Shown: positions 15,236-23,544 of the stretch, piece after piece
How the letters are laid out: every line of letters starts with the position of its first letter
Position numbering within the stretch: the first letter of the stretch is position 1
Assembly: GCA_028865615.1 (NCBI GenBank)
Contig: JAGWJT010000002.1
Location: 1-45,672 of the forward strand
Direction of reading: 5' to 3'
Length of the DNA stretch: 45,672 bases
Source of the DNA: Patescibacteria group bacterium
GTDB lineage: Bacteria; Patescibacteriota; Minisyncoccia; Phycocordibacterales; PALSA-1337
Translations under genes and position numbers: made by a program
The notes under the pieces: model-generated
What the model was told of the DNA's origin: nothing
The model's input: only the letters and a program-made list of their open reading frames with translations
The model's database searches: none

Positions 15236-16279
15236 ATGGCCACTTCAAGCGTATCGTTCAAACCAAAACAAGTCGTCAAAAGGCTCTTAGTGAACCTGCC
15301 CGACAGAGCAAGGGATGTACTGACTTTACGCTTCGGACTGGGCAAGTCTACCGACCGCATGACCTTGGACGCCATAGGCCAGAAATATGGCATAACCCGT
15401 GAACGAGTGCGCCAGATCGAGGCTTATGCTCTAGGCGCCATACGCAAATCTGACGCTTATGCCGCCGAGAAAGCGGCTTTTGCGGAGCTTGAGACTCTAC
15501 TCCACAGTCTAGGCGGCATAGTGGTAGAAGATGATTTCTTGGGCCATGTCTCCAAAGATGAGAGCCTGAAGAACTGCATACACTTCCTATTGGTCATAGG
15601 CGAACCTTTCAAAAAGCGCAAAGAGGACGAAGACTTCAGGCATCGCTGGCATGTCAACGAAGAGTTGGCCGGCAATGTCGAAGAGGCCCTGCACAAACTC
15701 TATCAGAGCCTATCTACGGAAGATCTCCTACCGGAATCGGAGATGGTCGGCCGCCTGCTCCAGCATCTGGAGGATATCTCGGAAAAGTACAAGAACCAAG
15801 AGATCATCAAACGCTGGCTGGCCATATCAAAGAAGATAGGCAAGAATCCTATGGGAGATTGGGGTACGACGGATTCATCCAATATCAAGACCAAGGGCAT
15901 CCGCGATTATGCTTTCCTGGTAGTCAGGAAGCACGGCTCGCCTATACATTTCCGCGACGTAGCAAAACAGATAGAGAAGCTCTTCGCCAAGAAGGCCCAC
16001 GTCGCCACCACTCACAACGAACTCATCAAGGACAAGCGCTTCGTGCTTGTCGGACGAGGCTTGTACGCTCTGGCGGAGTGGGGCTATAGCCCGGGCATCG
16101 TGCGCGACGTCATAAGGAACGTCATAGAAAAGGACGGCCCGATGACCAAGGACGATATAGTGAGCAAGGTCATGAAAGAACGCTACGTCAAAGAGAACAC
16201 TATATCGGTCAATCTGCAGAACCCGAAATATTTCAAGCGCGATAGGGAAGGCAAGTATTCTGTGGTGTCTGCGGCATAA
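15236..16279 (+). CDS. sigma-70 region-4-like HTH protein with C-terminal HARE-HTH-like domain
   Basis: The N-terminus LTLRFGLG...TLDAIGQKYGITRERVRQIEAYAL is a region 4.2-type HTH. The C-terminus (RDYAFLVVRKHGSPIHFRDVAKQI...LVGRGLYALAEWGY) resembles the HARE-HTH of RNAP delta. Confidence 0.6.
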   Translation: MATSSVSFKPKQVVKRLLVNLPDRARDVLTLRFGLGKSTDRMTLDAIGQKYGITRERVRQIEAYALGAIRKSDAYAAEKAAFAELETLLHSLGGIVVEDDFLGHVSKDESLKNCIHFLLVIGEPFKKRKEDEDFRHRWHVNEELAGNVEEALHKLYQSLSTEDLLPESEMVGRLLQHLEDISEKYKNQEIIKRWLAISKKIGKNPMGDWGTTDSSNIKTKGIRDYAFLVVRKHGSPIHFRDVAKQIEKLFAKKAHVATTHNELIKDKRFVLVGRGLYALAEWGYSPGIVRDVIRNVIEKDGPMTKDDIVSKVMKERYVKENTISVNLQNPKYFKRDREGKYSVVSAA

Positions 16280-16381
16280 GCCCCGCAAGGAATGCATACA
16301 GCGTATGTGCAAAGTGCAATATGGTAGCATCGTGTCCGTTGGTACACGTTGCGCATGCGCTGTGTGCATTCCTTGCGGGGC
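16280..16381 (+). repeat. long hairpin element, family 2, copy B, directly after a stop codon
   Basis: 24-bp outer stem with 23 Watson-Crick pairs and 1 G.U. It has the same inner helix GCAAAGTG/CACGTTGC with the same A.G mismatch as copy A. Confidence 0.8.
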
Positions 16382-16395
16382 ATTGTTGCGAGAAG

Positions 16396-16448
16396 CACGG
16401 TAAAACGCTGTCCGTGAGCTCGGAGCGAGTGGACAGCGTTTTACCGTG
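16396..16448 (+). repeat. perfect 18-bp stem hairpin
   Basis: CACGGTAAAACGCTGTCC (16396-16413) pairs with GGACAGCGTTTTACCGTG (16431-16448). The loop is 17 nt and no T-tract follows. Confidence 0.85.
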
Positions 16449-16476
16449 CCAACCATGATTCTGCTATAATATCCCC

Positions 16477-17754
16477 ATGTCCTACGATCAGCTCGTAACA
16501 TTCCTGGACAGTGCATTCAGGTCATCCGTATGGCCGCAAGTAGCCCACTACGGCATTGTCTTGTCGCCTATAGCCATGGCTATCATCCTGGGTGTCATAT
16601 GGTGGGAAGTATGGGTCAGGTATGTCAGGATAAAACAATTCCTTGGATTGAAATATACTATCCTGGATCTCAAGCTGCCCAAAGACACTTTCAAGTCGCC
16701 TCTGGCTATGGAGACCGTCCTGCATTCCATACACAACACTTCCGACGGCAGTATGTATGCCCAATTTTGGAAGGGTGAAACCAGACCGTGGTATTCGCTT
16801 GAAGTCATATCCATAGAGGGAAACGTTAAATTCCTGATATGGACGGAAGACAGGCGCAAGAATAACCTGATGTCCGCGCTCTATTCACAGTATCCGGGAA
16901 TAGAGATCACGGAAATGCCCACGGACTATGCGGCCGATCTCCAATATGACGAGAAGACCATGAAAGTGCACTGCATGGAATTCAAATGCACAAAACCGGA
17001 TCCATATCCCATAAAAACTTATGTCGACTACGGTTTGGACAAGGACCCGAAGGAAGAATTCAAGATAGACCCGTTGACCCATATGATCGAGTGGCTCGGC
17101 AGCTTGCGGCCAAATGAACAAGCCTGGTTCCAATTCGTCGTCAGAGCGCACAAGGACGACCAGAGAGACCCGGAGCATTTCTTCAAAAAAACCGACTTGT
17201 GGAAAGCCGAGGCCGAAAAGATCAAAAACAAGCTTCTGTTGCGCAACAAAGAGACAAAAGTAGCCGGCCATGTAGTGGAGGGCTCCACATTTGCCCTTAT
17301 TCCTACATTCAGCAAAGGCGAACAGGAGATAGTCGCCGCTCTGGACAGGAGCGTGACCAAGCTGGCATTTGACGTGGTTATAAGAGCTCTATATGCCGCA
17401 CCGAGAGCTACGTTCGACACTCCGTATGGCATAGGCGGCCTTATATCCAGCATGAAGCAATTCAACACCGAACACTTGAACGGATTCAAACCGAACGGCG
17501 ACAAATGGACCCAGCAATTTGATTATCCTTGGCAAGATTACAAGAACACGCGCAGGCATTATCTGGTCAAGAAATTCCTGAAAGCCTACAGGCGCCGGTC
17601 CGCATTCTATCCGCCGTATGCGGCAAAGCCGGTCGTATTGAACACCGAAGAACTCGCCACCATATATCACCTGCCCGGTTCAGTGGCCGCCACCCCGGGC
17701 CTGGCTCGCGTACCTTCCAAGAAAGCCGAGGCCCCCGTCAATCTGCCGACATAG
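16477..17754 (+). CDS. hypothetical membrane-anchored protein
   Basis: 425 aa with one N-terminal TM helix (IVLSPIAMAIILGVIWW). TGcTATAAT lies 6 nt upstream of the ATG. The stop is 3 nt before the mltG ATG. No motif recognised. Confidence 0.7.
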   Translation: MSYDQLVTFLDSAFRSSVWPQVAHYGIVLSPIAMAIILGVIWWEVWVRYVRIKQFLGLKYTILDLKLPKDTFKSPLAMETVLHSIHNTSDGSMYAQFWKGETRPWYSLEVISIEGNVKFLIWTEDRRKNNLMSALYSQYPGIEITEMPTDYAADLQYDEKTMKVHCMEFKCTKPDPYPIKTYVDYGLDKDPKEEFKIDPLTHMIEWLGSLRPNEQAWFQFVVRAHKDDQRDPEHFFKKTDLWKAEAEKIKNKLLLRNKETKVAGHVVEGSTFALIPTFSKGEQEIVAALDRSVTKLAFDVVIRALYAAPRATFDTPYGIGGLISSMKQFNTEHLNGFKPNGDKWTQQFDYPWQDYKNTRRHYLVKKFLKAYRRRSAFYPPYAAKPVVLNTEELATIYHLPGSVAATPGLARVPSKKAEAPVNLPT

Positions 17755-17757
17755 CCC

Positions 17758-18744
17758 ATGAAATTCCTCGGCACCACTCTGTCTAAAGGCGTCATGAAGC
17801 GTACTGTCCAGATAACAGGGTCCGCTATTGCCGTGGCTGTATTCACGTCTTTGGCTATAGCCTATTACACTATGCCGCCAACTGGCTTTCCTTCAGGAAC
17901 CGTCGTAGACATCAGACAGGGCATGACCATGAATGAAGTAGCGGATCTCTTGTCGTCAAAAGGGTTGATCAAATCCCGGACTTTATTCAAAGCTTATGCG
18001 ACGCTGCTGGACGGCACGACCGGCGTCAAGCAGGGCGAATATGCTTTCTACTCCCCACAATCGTCCCTGGGCGTAGCATACAGGTTGGACAGGGGCCTTG
18101 AAGGATTTCCTCTGGCAAAAGTGACCATACCGGAAGGCGCGGATGCGGCCGAAACGGCATCTATCATATCCAGAGCAATACCGGGCTTCGATGCCAAAGG
18201 CTTTATGACGCTGGCAAAGCCGCAGGAAGGATATCTATTTCCGGATACTTATTTCTGGCCTACGAATCTGACTCCTCAAAAGGCCATATCAGACATGCGA
18301 TCCGTATTCGACGGCAAGATAGCGGCGATATCGGGAGATATAGCATCATCAGGCAAGAGCGAAAGCGATGTGATCAAAATGGCTTCCATAGTGGAGAAGG
18401 AAGCGGCCTCTACGACCGACAGGCGCATCATAGCCGGCATCTTGTGGAAGCGTCTCGACCAAGGCATGCCTCTCCAAGTCGACCCTACTCTCATATACAT
18501 CACCGGAAAACCATGGTCGCAATTGACGGTCTACGATCTGGCCACCACATCTCCATACAATTCTTACAAGTACAAAGGTCTGCCGCCGACGCCCATAGAT
18601 TCGCCGGGGCTGGATGCCATACGGGACACTTTGCATCCGACACAAACGCCGTATCTGTACTATCTTTCAGACAAAAGCGGCGTCATACATTATGCCAGCA
18701 CTCTTGCCGGACACGTGGCTAACAAGCAGAAGTACTTGGATTAA
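17758..18744 (+). CDS. mltG: endolytic murein transglycosylase MltG (YceG family)
   Basis: N-terminal TM helix plus ASIVEKEA, LQVDPT and YNSYKYKGLPPTPIDSPG motifs. Confidence 0.88.
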   Translation: MKFLGTTLSKGVMKRTVQITGSAIAVAVFTSLAIAYYTMPPTGFPSGTVVDIRQGMTMNEVADLLSSKGLIKSRTLFKAYATLLDGTTGVKQGEYAFYSPQSSLGVAYRLDRGLEGFPLAKVTIPEGADAAETASIISRAIPGFDAKGFMTLAKPQEGYLFPDTYFWPTNLTPQKAISDMRSVFDGKIAAISGDIASSGKSESDVIKMASIVEKEAASTTDRRIIAGILWKRLDQGMPLQVDPTLIYITGKPWSQLTVYDLATTSPYNSYKYKGLPPTPIDSPGLDAIRDTLHPTQTPYLYYLSDKSGVIHYASTLAGHVANKQKYLD

Positions 18745-18772
18745 AAAGCCTCCAAGACGGAATCCGGAGGCT
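18743..18772 (-). terminator. intrinsic terminator for the minus-strand ORF 18793-19176
   Basis: AGCCTCC...GGAGGCT stem, followed on the minus strand by TTTTT. Confidence 0.55.
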
Positions 18773-18792
18773 ACTAAGCATCGAGCTGATTA

Positions 18793-19176
18793 TCATCGGA
18801 CTTGGAATCCAAGCCATTTAGACCAATTGCGGATGAGACTGCCGCAATCCATTGCATCTTCAGCCATACTGCTCAAAACGATATCGTTAGCCCAAGTTCG
18901 ACAATCGCTCTTGCTTGCCGTCAAAAAACAACGTATGCCTTTGAGGCGAAATGCGTCCGTCGCCGACTGCGCGTCATTCATAGATATGCTATTGCAACAC
19001 ACTACGGCAATGTCAATTTTGAATGGAACGGGCGGTCTAACCTCAAGGAAACTGTGTAATCTTTTTAGATCACACAGAGAAAAGACGTTGCAATCTTTGC
19101 CTTCAAAAGCATGTTTCAACCTCAATGGCTCAATATTGTCATGCGACAGCACTACTATGTTAATGTTCATAAACAA
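18793..19176 (-). CDS. hypothetical protein, possibly a degenerate receiver-like fold
   Basis: 127 codons. The beta-alpha pattern (NIVVLSHD...IDIAVVCCNSI...RCFLTASK) is reminiscent of CheY, but no phospho-acceptor Asp is present. Weak call. Confidence 0.4.
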   Translation of the reverse strand: MFMNINIVVLSHDNIEPLRLKHAFEGKDCNVFSLCDLKRLHSFLEVRPPVPFKIDIAVVCCNSISMNDAQSATDAFRLKGIRCFLTASKSDCRTWANDIVLSSMAEDAMDCGSLIRNWSKWLGFQVR

Positions 19177-19218
19177 CCTCCGTTGCGGTTAATCCGCTAA
19201 TATGATTCCATGTAAACT

Positions 19219-20499
19219 ATGAAAAGACAACCTGCAAAAACCGGGACATCTCATACAAAAATCATAGTCGGCATGTCGGGCGGGGTGGATAGCTCGGTTT
19301 CCGCGGCTCTATTGAAGCGCGCCGGATACGACGTGACGGGCGCTTTCATCAAGGTCTGGCAACCAGATTGGATAGAGTGCAATTGGCGCGAGGAGCGGCT
19401 GGATGCCATGCGAGCGGCGGCACACCTCGGCATTCCATTCATGACTGTCGACTTGGAGCAAGAATACAAGCGCGGCGTCATAGACTACATGATAGCCGAA
19501 TATCGCGCCGGCCGGACGCCGAACCCGGATGTGATGTGCAACAGGGAAGTCAAGTTCGGAGCGTTCTGGAAGTGGGCGGAAGCACAAGGCGCGAATTTCA
19601 TCGCCACAGGGCATTATGCACAGATCATTTCGCTTCAAGGAAACATGGGTTCAGGGGCACGCGATTTTCCTGCTGGAAAATCACTCAGTTTCGGCGCCAG
19701 TCGCGCCGAAAAGTCCCCTTCACCCATGTTTCCTTTCAGCTCACGATATTCGTTGCTGACAAGCGCCGATGACAACAAAGACCAGACTTACTTCCTGTGG
19801 ACATTGAACCAAGACGACCTATCGCACGCGCTTTTCCCCATAGGCGGCATGACCAAGCCGGATGTGCGCAAACTGGCCAAGAAGTTAGGGCTGCCGAATG
19901 CCGACAAGAGAGACAGCCAAGGACTTTGCTTCATAGGCAAAGTGGATGTGAAGGAATTTTTGCGTCATTACATAGGAGATGATCCTGCGGCCGGGCCCGG
20001 AAACGTATTGGATGACAAAGACGAGGTCGTAGGTTCTCACAACGGTTCGCTGTTCTTCACTATGGGAGAACGGCATGGATTTGCTATAGATCGGACACAC
20101 AAAACACCGGACGACTCTCCGTTTTATGTTATCGGCAAAGACACAGCCGCCAATACCATAACCGTTTCCAATAAAAGAGGCTCAGCATCGCCCGGTGCCG
20201 TCAAGGAAGCAACATTGTCTAATGTCAATTGGATATCGCGGATTCCAAAAGATGGCGAAAAATTGATGGCTCGCGCCCGTTACAGAGCAGGGCTGTGTCC
20301 GGGCCACATTTTACTACCGTCGGCAGAATTAGAACCAAAATCAGAACGGTCTGCCGGTCAAGGTACGTCATGCGGAACGACCACATTCGAATTCGAAAGA
20401 TCTCAAGAAGCCATAACACCAGGCCAATCATTAGTCATATACAGCCAAGACGGCGCTGAATGCCTGGGGGGCGGGATCATAGATAAATATAAGATTTAA
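19219..20499 (+). CDS. mnmA: tRNA 2-thiouridine(34) synthase MnmA with a 33-codon insertion
   Basis: PP-loop VGMSGGVDSS, ATGHYA, NKDQTYFLW and CFIG. It is interrupted in frame by the repeat at 19637-19735. Confidence 0.92.
   Translation: MKRQPAKTGTSHTKIIVGMSGGVDSSVSAALLKRAGYDVTGAFIKVWQPDWIECNWREERLDAMRAAAHLGIPFMTVDLEQEYKRGVIDYMIAEYRAGRTPNPDVMCNREVKFGAFWKWAEAQGANFIATGHYAQIISLQGNMGSGARDFPAGKSLSFGASRAEKSPSPMFPFSSRYSLLTSADDNKDQTYFLWTLNQDDLSHALFPIGGMTKPDVRKLAKKLGLPNADKRDSQGLCFIGKVDVKEFLRHYIGDDPAAGPGNVLDDKDEVVGSHNGSLFFTMGERHGFAIDRTHKTPDDSPFYVIGKDTAANTITVSNKRGSASPGAVKEATLSNVNWISRIPKDGEKLMARARYRAGLCPGHILLPSAELEPKSERSAGQGTSCGTTTFEFERSQEAITPGQSLVIYSQDGAECLGGGIIDKYKI
19637..19735. repeat. structured palindromic element, family 3, copy 2, inside mnmA
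   Basis: 14-bp perfect outer stem AAGGAAACATGGGT/ACCCATGTTTCCTT encloses the same two hairpins as 7854-7969. It is 99 nt with no stop in the mnmA frame. Confidence 0.85.
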
Positions 20500-20513
20500 T
20501 ATATAATGCTTGT

Positions 20514-21356
20514 ATGTCTCAATTCACTATCACCAAATCAGACGGCACTAAACAGCCATTCGAAGAGAAAAAACTGATATCCTCCCTAAAGAGAGTCGGC
20601 GCCCCGGATGTCGCCATATCGGATGTCGTCAGCCAAGTAGAACATGGCATGAAAGACGGCATGACTACGCGTGATATATACGGCCAGGCTTTCGAGCTCC
20701 TGCACAAGCATTCCGGGCCGGCAGCGGTAAAATACTCCATCCGCCGCGCCATGTTGGAGCTTGGGCCGGACGGCTTTCCATTCGAGAGATTCGTGGCGCG
20801 GATATTCAAGGTGATGGGATACGAGACGCTGACTGATCAAACACTCTTGGGCGAATGCATCAGCCATGAAGTAGACGTGGTGGCATGGAAAACGGAATCG
20901 CTCGTATTGGTCGAAGCAAAATATCATAACGAGTTCGACCTAAAATCCGACGCCAAGGTCGCGCTTTACATTCAAGCCAGAAGGGAAGATTTGTCCGGAA
21001 CGATGTTCGACTACGGCAGCAAGAGGCGCCACTTCGACGAGTTCTGGCTGGTGACCAATACCAAGTTCAGCGATATGGCCATACGCTACGGCGAGTGCAA
21101 AGGCCTCAAGCTGGTGGGCTGGAATTATCCGTCGCATGGCAACCTTCATGACATCATAGAGCAGAATGGCCTGCATCCTGTGACGGCTCTGACCAGCTTG
21201 ACCGCCCAACAGAAACGCGACCTAGTCGGCCGCGGCGTCCTGGTCTGCATAGATATCATCGGCAATCCATCCGTTCTCGAAAACATCGGTCTTCACGGCA
21301 ACGCCCGCGAACGCGTCCTCGACGAGACCCAGATGGTCATAGAGCGGGCGAAATAA
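20514..21356 (+). CDS. ATP-cone domain fused to a restriction-endonuclease-fold (Mrr-like) domain
   Basis: The N-terminus ITKSDGTKQPFEEKKLISSLKRVG...TTRDIY is ATP-cone-like. The middle has FERFVARIFKVMGYE...HEVDVVAW...VLVEAKYH, a D...EAK nuclease-fold pattern. Confidence 0.6.
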   Translation: MSQFTITKSDGTKQPFEEKKLISSLKRVGAPDVAISDVVSQVEHGMKDGMTTRDIYGQAFELLHKHSGPAAVKYSIRRAMLELGPDGFPFERFVARIFKVMGYETLTDQTLLGECISHEVDVVAWKTESLVLVEAKYHNEFDLKSDAKVALYIQARREDLSGTMFDYGSKRRHFDEFWLVTNTKFSDMAIRYGECKGLKLVGWNYPSHGNLHDIIEQNGLHPVTALTSLTAQQKRDLVGRGVLVCIDIIGNPSVLENIGLHGNARERVLDETQMVIERAK

Positions 21357-21395
21357 TTGCACGATTGATGGCTGTGTTGTAATGTCTTCATCAGA

Positions 21396-21932
21396 ATGAA
21401 AGCTATACATTACAAACATTGGACGGAAATTGACAAGCAAATGCTGGAACAAACCAGGACTTTCAAGGATCTTGGCAGATTGGCTTTGAGCATCATGAGC
21501 CGTTTTGAACATGACATTGAGATGATATCGGGACCATATTCAACTGGTGGCGTCGGCACAAGAGAAGGTAACGGCATAGTATTTGAAGGTGTCATTGAAA
21601 TAATGATCTTGGAAAAAAAGCGGAACATATTCAGCCAGATGCCATTCGAGGAAAAGATCGCGGAACTCTACAAAAACTGGCGCATGGAAAATCCCCATAC
21701 CGATTATTGTATGCCAATACTCGAAGATTTCTATGAGCTTGTGTTCTCTTCAGGCAGGGTCAAGGTCTTGAACTTTATCCATGATTGGCAATCTTCATTC
21801 GGAGCCAGATGGGAACACGACGGTTGTTCGCGATGGAAAATCAAGCGGAAGTATCTGACGCCGGATCTCTCAAGACGAGCACTGGAACTCAACCAACCTA
21901 AAATCCATGAAAGCGCCAAGACACATAGGTAA
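21396..21932 (+). CDS. DUF4406-like protein (nucleoside deoxyribosyltransferase-like superfamily)
   Basis: ISGPYSTGG near the N-terminus and LNFIHDWQSSFGARWEHD near the C-terminus match my recollection of the DUF4406 pattern (I.GP...; W..S.GA..E). Confidence 0.45.
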   Translation: MKAIHYKHWTEIDKQMLEQTRTFKDLGRLALSIMSRFEHDIEMISGPYSTGGVGTREGNGIVFEGVIEIMILEKKRNIFSQMPFEEKIAELYKNWRMENPHTDYCMPILEDFYELVFSSGRVKVLNFIHDWQSSFGARWEHDGCSRWKIKRKYLTPDLSRRALELNQPKIHESAKTHR

Positions 21933-22455
21933 TGTCACGCTGGTTCTTAAAAGTGACGGGCCGAGCAAACGATTGTTGCTAGTTCTAAAACCTCCCAAGA
22001 GCAAAGCTGACGACAAGCGCAAACGCAAGCGCGTAGGGGCCGGATTGTGGGTCCCTCCGGGCGGAGGCACTGAGCCTACCGACAAGAGCCAGAAACATTC
22101 CGCCCAGAGAGAATTGCTTGAGGAGACAGGATTGCGTTATCCCATCAAGAATTTCCGAAAAGTCGGAGTCCTGAAAGGATTCAATGGATCTGAAAATGAC
22201 TTGCTCTGGTTGGTCCACTTGTATCTACTGGTAAAGCCGAGTAGCGATGCTCAGCAACCCATACCCGGAGACAATGTCATCAAAGCCAAATGGTTTCCGA
22301 CTTCTTCGTTGCCGTTCAAACGGATGCTCACTGGCGACAGGGATTGGATACCGAGGATCGTCAACGGTGAAATGCTTTCGATCATGATAGTCTTCAATGA
22401 GAACGGAAGCGACGTCAGGTCCAAGTCTGTCAAACCAGTCCGCTCTTTCAATTGA
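21907..22455 (+). CDS. Nudix hydrolase, MTH1/NUDT1-like
   Basis: Nudix box variant GTEPTDKSQKHSAQRELLEETGL. The C-terminal DRDWIPRIV resembles the D..W.P motif of MTH1-type enzymes. It overlaps the previous ORF by 26 nt. Confidence 0.65.
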   Translation: MKAPRHIGNVTLVLKSDGPSKRLLLVLKPPKSKADDKRKRKRVGAGLWVPPGGGTEPTDKSQKHSAQRELLEETGLRYPIKNFRKVGVLKGFNGSENDLLWLVHLYLLVKPSSDAQQPIPGDNVIKAKWFPTSSLPFKRMLTGDRDWIPRIVNGEMLSIMIVFNENGSDVRSKSVKPVRSFN

Positions 22456-22521
22456 CACAGCCGACCTCGCAGTCGGCTTTTTTATTCTTGGAATAATTGC
22501 TAATATGATCGACATAAAAGC

Positions 22522-23076
22522 ATGGCAAAAGACGATTTACTGGACATAGTTGATGAGAACGACAACATTGTCGGCCGCGATACTCGCGAAAATGTTCATG
22601 CAAAAGGATTGCTTCATCGTGAAATCCATATCTGGTTCATAACACCCGACGGCAAGATGATCTTCCAACATCGTGCAAAGGATAAAGATACTTATCCGGA
22701 TAAGCTCGATGCTACGGTCGGAGGCCATGTAGATCTAGGAATGAATTATAACGATACCGCAATCAAAGAGATGCTGGAGGAGACTGGCATACATTGCGAT
22801 ATGAAAAATCTGTACCCGCTTAGACTTATGCATTCGACTTCTATAGATGCTGACAGGAATATAATCAACAAGACTATCAGAATGCAGTATGGTTATATCT
22901 ATAGGGGCGATATAAATAGTCTTAAAGTGGAGAAAGGGAAAGCCGTCGGTTTTGAATCCTGGCCGATCGATAAGATATTCAATCTGACCGATGATGAGAA
23001 AAAGAGGTTCATTCCCTTGATATACAGCAATGAATTCTTGTCGTTATTCAGGGAACTAGAAAAGCTGGTAAGATAA
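22522..23076 (+). CDS. Nudix-fold protein, IDI/YfcD-like
   Basis: GLLHREIHIWFITPDGKMIFQHRAKDKDTYPDKLDATVGGHV...AIKEMLEETGI has an IDI-type layout. The Nudix box is degenerate (K for R). Confidence 0.6.
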   Translation: MAKDDLLDIVDENDNIVGRDTRENVHAKGLLHREIHIWFITPDGKMIFQHRAKDKDTYPDKLDATVGGHVDLGMNYNDTAIKEMLEETGIHCDMKNLYPLRLMHSTSIDADRNIINKTIRMQYGYIYRGDINSLKVEKGKAVGFESWPIDKIFNLTDDEKKRFIPLIYSNEFLSLFRELEKLVR

Positions 23077-23082
23077 ATAGCC

Positions 23083-23544
23083 ATGAAAAATAAACCGATA
23101 AAAATATACGTCCTCGGCAGCAGCCACTTCATGCAAGAGATGGTCAAATGTTCGGAAGAATTACGAAAGATGGGGTATGAAGGCTGGATACATGAAGATT
23201 ATGAGGCATTCGTCAGAGGGGATAAAAAGGATATAGTCAATAAATGGCAAAATGGCGAACACGCAGCCGTGAAGAGGGAAGAAAATTATTTAAGAGAGCA
23301 TTATCAACATATACTGCAGAGTGATGCGGTCTTGATAGTCAATGCCGAGAAGAATGGCATAAAGAATTACATCGGCGGCAATGTTCTTATAGAGATGGGG
23401 CAGGCATATGTGAACGATAAACGTATATATTTCCTATATGACATGCCGACTAATTCGCCATACTTGGACGAAATAGAATCTATGGACCCGATCTGTCTTC
23501 ACGGTGACCTGAATAACATAAAGAATCATGAAAAAACCAACTAA
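23083..23544 (+). CDS. nucleoside 2-deoxyribosyltransferase-like protein, paralog 1
   Basis: IYVLGSS...VLIVNAEKNGIKNYIGGNVLIEMGQAY...IYFL. The G..E.G.A core is typical of the NDT/Rcl fold. Confidence 0.5.
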   Translation: MKNKPIKIYVLGSSHFMQEMVKCSEELRKMGYEGWIHEDYEAFVRGDKKDIVNKWQNGEHAAVKREENYLREHYQHILQSDAVLIVNAEKNGIKNYIGGNVLIEMGQAYVNDKRIYFLYDMPTNSPYLDEIESMDPICLHGDLNNIKNHEKTN

